Made by a program: the position numbers and the translations under genes. A DNA stretch of 49,381 bases, taken from positions 1-49,381 of the forward strand of contig JAIXSF010000129.1 in the NCBI GenBank assembly GCA_027484835.1. The letters are read 5' to 3'. The notes below the pieces were generated by a model that searched no databases, was not told the origin of the DNA, and saw only the letters and a program-made list of their open reading frames with translations. This DNA is from Rhizobiaceae bacterium (lineage in GTDB: Bacteria; Pseudomonadota; Alphaproteobacteria; Rhizobiales; Rhizobiaceae). The first letter of the stretch is position 1; each line of letters begins with the position of its first letter. Of the stretch, positions 45,862 to 49,381 are shown piece by piece.

Positions 45862-48423
45862 ATGGCAGAGTTTCCGACCAAGGCGAAAGTCGTCATCATC
45901 GGTCTAGGCGGCATCGTCGGCGCGTCGATCGCCCATCATCTCATCGAGCGCGGCTGGGACGATATCGTCGGCATCGACAAGTCGGGCATCCCGACCGATA
46001 TCGGCTCCACGGCGCATGCGTCCGACTTCTGCTACACTACGAGCCATGACTATCTCTCGGTCTGGACCACCCAGTATTCCATCGATTTCTTCGAGAAGAT
46101 GGGACACTACGCCCGTATCGGCGGTCTCGAAGTCGCCCGCACCGGTGACGACATCTGGATGGAAGAGATCAAGCGCAAGCTCTCGTCCGCCCGCGCCTTC
46201 GGCACCCGCGCGCACTATGTCTCGCCCGCCGAAATCAAGAAGCTCTTCCCGCTGATCGAGGAAGATCAGGTCATGGGCGGCATGTTCGATCCGGATGCCG
46301 GCCTTGTCATTCCGCGCTCCCAGACCGTTGCCGGCAAGCTCGTCGATGCGGCTGAAAAGTCCGGCAAGCTTCAGATGTTCGGCAATACGCCGGCCCAGTC
46401 CCTCATCGTCGAGGGTGGTCGCATCAAGGGCGTCGTTACCCATCGCGGCACGATCTACGCCGATCACGTCGTTGTCTGCGCCGGTCTCTGGGGCCGCCTG
46501 ATTGCCGAAATGGTCGGCGAAGACCTGCCGGTCATGCCGGTCGACCATCCGCTCACCTTCTTCGGTCCGTACAACGAGTTCGAAGGCACCGGCAAGGACA
46601 TCGGCTATCCGCTGCTGCGTGACCAGGGCAACTCCGCCTATATGCGCGACACCGGCGACCCGAAGACTTCGGAGGGCGGCCAGATCGAATGGGGCTATTA
46701 CGAGCAGCACAATCCGCGCATGTGCCATCCGCGCGAGCTGCTCGAAAAGCACGAGGCGCGCCTCTCGCCCTCGCAGCGCGACCTCGACATGGAGCAGATC
46801 ATCGAGCCGCTCGAGCGCGCCATGGAACTGACGCCGATCCTCGGCGAACTCGGCTATAACGAGAGCCATTCCTTCAACGGACTTCTCCAGGTGTCCGCTG
46901 CCGGTGGCCCGTCCTGCGGCGAAAGCCAGAAGGTGCGTGGCCTCTGGTACTGCGTCGCCATCTGGGTCAAGGACGGCCCGGGCTATGGCAAGCTGATTGC
47001 CGACTGGATGACCGACGGCCGCACCGAGATCGACCACAACTCTATCGATTATGCCCGCTTCTATCCGCACCAGCTGACCGAAGACTTCATTGCCGGCCGC
47101 TGCTACGAGGCCGCCCAGAAGATCTACTTCCCGGCCGTGCACACCCGCGAACCCTATGCATCGGGCCGCGGCGCCAAGCGCTCGCCGATGTATGAGCGCG
47201 AAGTAGAGCTCGGAGGCTATTTCATGGAACTCGGCGGCTGGGAGCGCGCGCATGGATATGCCGCCAACGAGCACCTCTTGGAGAAATACGCCGATCGCGT
47301 TCCGGTTCGTGAAAACGAGTGGGATAACAGACACTTCTGGCGCGTTTCGAATGCCGAACATCTGGCGATGAGCGAGGATTGCGGCATCGTCAATCTTTCC
47401 CATTTCCACATGGTCGACATCGAAGGCCCTGACCATGTCGAGTTGCTCGAATGGCTCTGCGCTGCCAAGATCGGCGGCGACGCGAATATCGGCAAGGGCA
47501 TCTACACGCACTTCCTCGACGACGCGGGCATGGTGCGCGCCGACTTCACCGTCTTCCGCCTCGCCGACCGCTGCCGCCTGGTCAACGGTGCCGACGCCGG
47601 CCCGCGCGACTTCCACTACATGAAGCGTGTCGCTCAGGATCGTGGCCTTGATGTCACTATCACCGACACCTCGGAAAAATACATCACCATCGGCATCTGG
47701 GGCCCGAACGCCCGCGTGACGCTGAAGAAGGCCGTCGCCGACGCCGCTGGCCTCGACCCTGAAAACTTCCCCTTCGCCGCGATCAAGCAGATCGAAATCG
47801 CCGGCAAGTCCGTGACCGCCTTCCGCATCTCCTATGTCGGCGAGCAGGGCTGGGAACTGCACATGAAGTATGAAGACGGCCTCGCCGTCTGGGATGCGCT
47901 CCGCGCCACCGGCGTCATGGCCTTCGGCGTCGAGACCTATGCCAACTCGCGCCGCATGGAAAAGAGCCTGCGCCTGCAGAACGCCGACCTTCTGACCCAG
48001 TACAACCTGATCGAAGCCGATCTGGCGCGCCCGAAGGTCAAGGAAGCCGATTTCCGCGGCAAAGCCAAGCATCTTGAATACAAGGCTCGGGACAAGCAGC
48101 CGGCCATGCTCTGCACGCTCGTAATGACCGACAATGTCGACAGTCAAGGCGTCGCGCGTTACCCTGTCGGCTCCATGCCGGTCGTCGATCCCGCCACCGG
48201 CGAGGTCCTGATCGACAGCCTTGGCCGTCGCTCCTACACGACCTCCGTCGCCTTCGGCCCGACCATCGGCAAGAATATCGCGCTTGCCTATCTGCCGCAG
48301 GAATATTGCGAGGTAGGCCGGAAGCTGAACGTGGAATACTTCGCCGAGAGCTTCCCGGTCGAGGTTGCAGCCGTGGGCTACAAGCCGCTCTACGACCCTG
48401 AGAATCTGAAGCCGCGCAGCTAA
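45862..48423 (+). CDS. FAD-dependent oxidoreductase with a GcvT domain (dimethylglycine/sarcosine dehydrogenase-like)
   Basis: N-terminal GGIVG.S.A.HL FAD fold, GST.HA, GGWER, RISYVGE.GWE, terminal YDP.N...RS. Confidence 0.88.
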   Translation: MAEFPTKAKVVIIGLGGIVGASIAHHLIERGWDDIVGIDKSGIPTDIGSTAHASDFCYTTSHDYLSVWTTQYSIDFFEKMGHYARIGGLEVARTGDDIWMEEIKRKLSSARAFGTRAHYVSPAEIKKLFPLIEEDQVMGGMFDPDAGLVIPRSQTVAGKLVDAAEKSGKLQMFGNTPAQSLIVEGGRIKGVVTHRGTIYADHVVVCAGLWGRLIAEMVGEDLPVMPVDHPLTFFGPYNEFEGTGKDIGYPLLRDQGNSAYMRDTGDPKTSEGGQIEWGYYEQHNPRMCHPRELLEKHEARLSPSQRDLDMEQIIEPLERAMELTPILGELGYNESHSFNGLLQVSAAGGPSCGESQKVRGLWYCVAIWVKDGPGYGKLIADWMTDGRTEIDHNSIDYARFYPHQLTEDFIAGRCYEAAQKIYFPAVHTREPYASGRGAKRSPMYEREVELGGYFMELGGWERAHGYAANEHLLEKYADRVPVRENEWDNRHFWRVSNAEHLAMSEDCGIVNLSHFHMVDIEGPDHVELLEWLCAAKIGGDANIGKGIYTHFLDDAGMVRADFTVFRLADRCRLVNGADAGPRDFHYMKRVAQDRGLDVTITDTSEKYITIGIWGPNARVTLKKAVADAAGLDPENFPFAAIKQIEIAGKSVTAFRISYVGEQGWELHMKYEDGLAVWDALRATGVMAFGVETYANSRRMEKSLRLQNADLLTQYNLIEADLARPKVKEADFRGKAKHLEYKARDKQPAMLCTLVMTDNVDSQGVARYPVGSMPVVDPATGEVLIDSLGRRSYTTSVAFGPTIGKNIALAYLPQEYCEVGRKLNVEYFAESFPVEVAAVGYKPLYDPENLKPRS

Positions 48424-48453
48424 GGACAGGGCGGTTTCGTCAGAGAGTTATGG

Positions 48454-48483
48454 ACCCGTCGGTCGCAAGGCCGGCGGGTTTTT
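48454..48483 (+). terminator. Intrinsic terminator
   Basis: ACCCGTCGGTC-GCAA-GGCCGGCGGGT followed by a T-run. Confidence 0.75.
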
Positions 48484-48754
48484 CTTCGCCTTCCTGTTTG
48501 CAATAGCTGATGAAACCTCACAGGCTTTGGTGAGCGCAAACCGCATCGTTCTGAGGGCGGCAGCCTGACAGAGGCCTCTGTCCTGTAATCTCAAGGTCTG
48601 GCCCTGAGCAGCCAATTCTCGCCTTTGGCCACCGCTCCAAAGTCTCCGCCGCGCACCGTGGCACGCCCTCGGTCAGCAAAGGCAGGCCGCTTGCATTCGA
48701 TCGCCCCGATCCCGGCGAGGGACCCGCACCGCGTCAAAACATGCGGCTGCTCAA

Positions 48755-48779
48755 GGAACATTTGCGTGCAGTATCCATT
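48755..48779 (+). promoter_or_regulatory. EcfG/RpoE2-type promoter GGAAC-N16-CATT
   Basis: GGAAC 48755-48759 and CATT 48776-48779, upstream of the GlsB/YeaQ gene. Confidence 0.55.
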
Positions 48780-48812
48780 GTTCCATCACTCAAACTCGGA
48801 TGGAGAAACACT

Positions 48813-49067
48813 ATGGAATTGAACGGCGTAGGTCTTATCGGTGCAATCGTGATCGGCGGTCTTGCCGGCTGGCTGGCAGAGCGTTTCATGCGCAGCAACA
48901 TGGGGCTGGTCATGAACATCGTGCTCGGCATCGTGGGTGCCATCGCCCTCAACTTCATCTTGGCTACGGTCTTCAATGTCGCCTATGCCGGTGCCATCGC
49001 CTACCTGATCATCGGCTTCATCGGCGCCTGCCTGCTGATCGCCGTTGCCCGGCTTATCCGACGGTAA
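48813..49067 (+). CDS. GlsB/YeaQ/YmgE-family stress membrane protein
   Basis: IG.LAGWLA...M....G...NI.LGIVGA, IGACLLI; GGAG RBS. Confidence 0.9.
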   Translation: MELNGVGLIGAIVIGGLAGWLAERFMRSNMGLVMNIVLGIVGAIALNFILATVFNVAYAGAIAYLIIGFIGACLLIAVARLIRR

Positions 49068-49381
49068 CTCTCGGCGAAATCCTTCGGTTTCAGCCGTGCG
49101 AGGGGGACGGATCCGCGACATTTTCCAACGGAATCAATGCCGCACATGTTTTTTCGTCCCCCACCACTTTCACCCTCGTAGACTCATTTCCGTCCCGCCC
49201 TCGGATACACCTGACGATGCGATGTCAGGCGAGGCGGGGCCGGCGCCGGGGTGGCGGGTTGTCGCAGGCGCAAATCCCCGGCCCGCTGCAACGGTCTCCC
49301 TCCGGACGAGGGGCTGGATACGAAGGTGATGGGGTCGGATGCCTCCTCACCGGATACCCCGATTGGAAGGACGTGCCTCAG

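Noticed and set aside
48484-48750. Possible glycine riboswitch or sRNA after the GcvT-family gene
   Set aside because: Short hairpins only; no paired GGAGA/CCGAAG/CTCAGG aptamer pattern, and the position is wrong for a riboswitch
49068-49381. GC-rich end of the window with three GGATAC copies and a 94-aa ORF
   Set aside because: Irregular spacing, no protein motif, and the context is cut by the window edge

Overview
High-GC chromosomal segment from an alphaproteobacterium, most likely Rhizobiaceae (nolR-like, choXWV, putR/putA, fhs, shmR-like heme receptor, trpL-trpE(G) attenuator, CDF-queF). Most of it is core metabolism and transport. Three parts stand out. (1) At 33070-37416, behind an AT-rich intergenic region, two secreted paralogous proteins built from regular Gln/Asn-ladder repeats sit next to a small Cys-containing secreted protein, a small HfaA/curlin-like protein and a CsgG/HfaB-family lipoprotein. 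This is a candidate new functional-amyloid or surface-anchor secretion system that matches neither canonical curli nor Fap. (2) At 5227-12412, an uncharacterised operon encodes a coiled-coil protein, an unknown protein, an atypical AAA+ ATPase, a DUF6638-like protein and a membrane-anchored DUF2333-like protein. (3) Inside that operon lies a DUF559 endonuclease gene preceded by a composite double-hairpin REP/RIME-like element. Several regulatory motifs (NolR, FixK/FNR, RirA-IRO, CtrA, EcfG) can be read directly. No rRNA, tRNA, CRISPR array, transposase or integrase was seen. All family assignments are from motif recognition by eye, without database searches.
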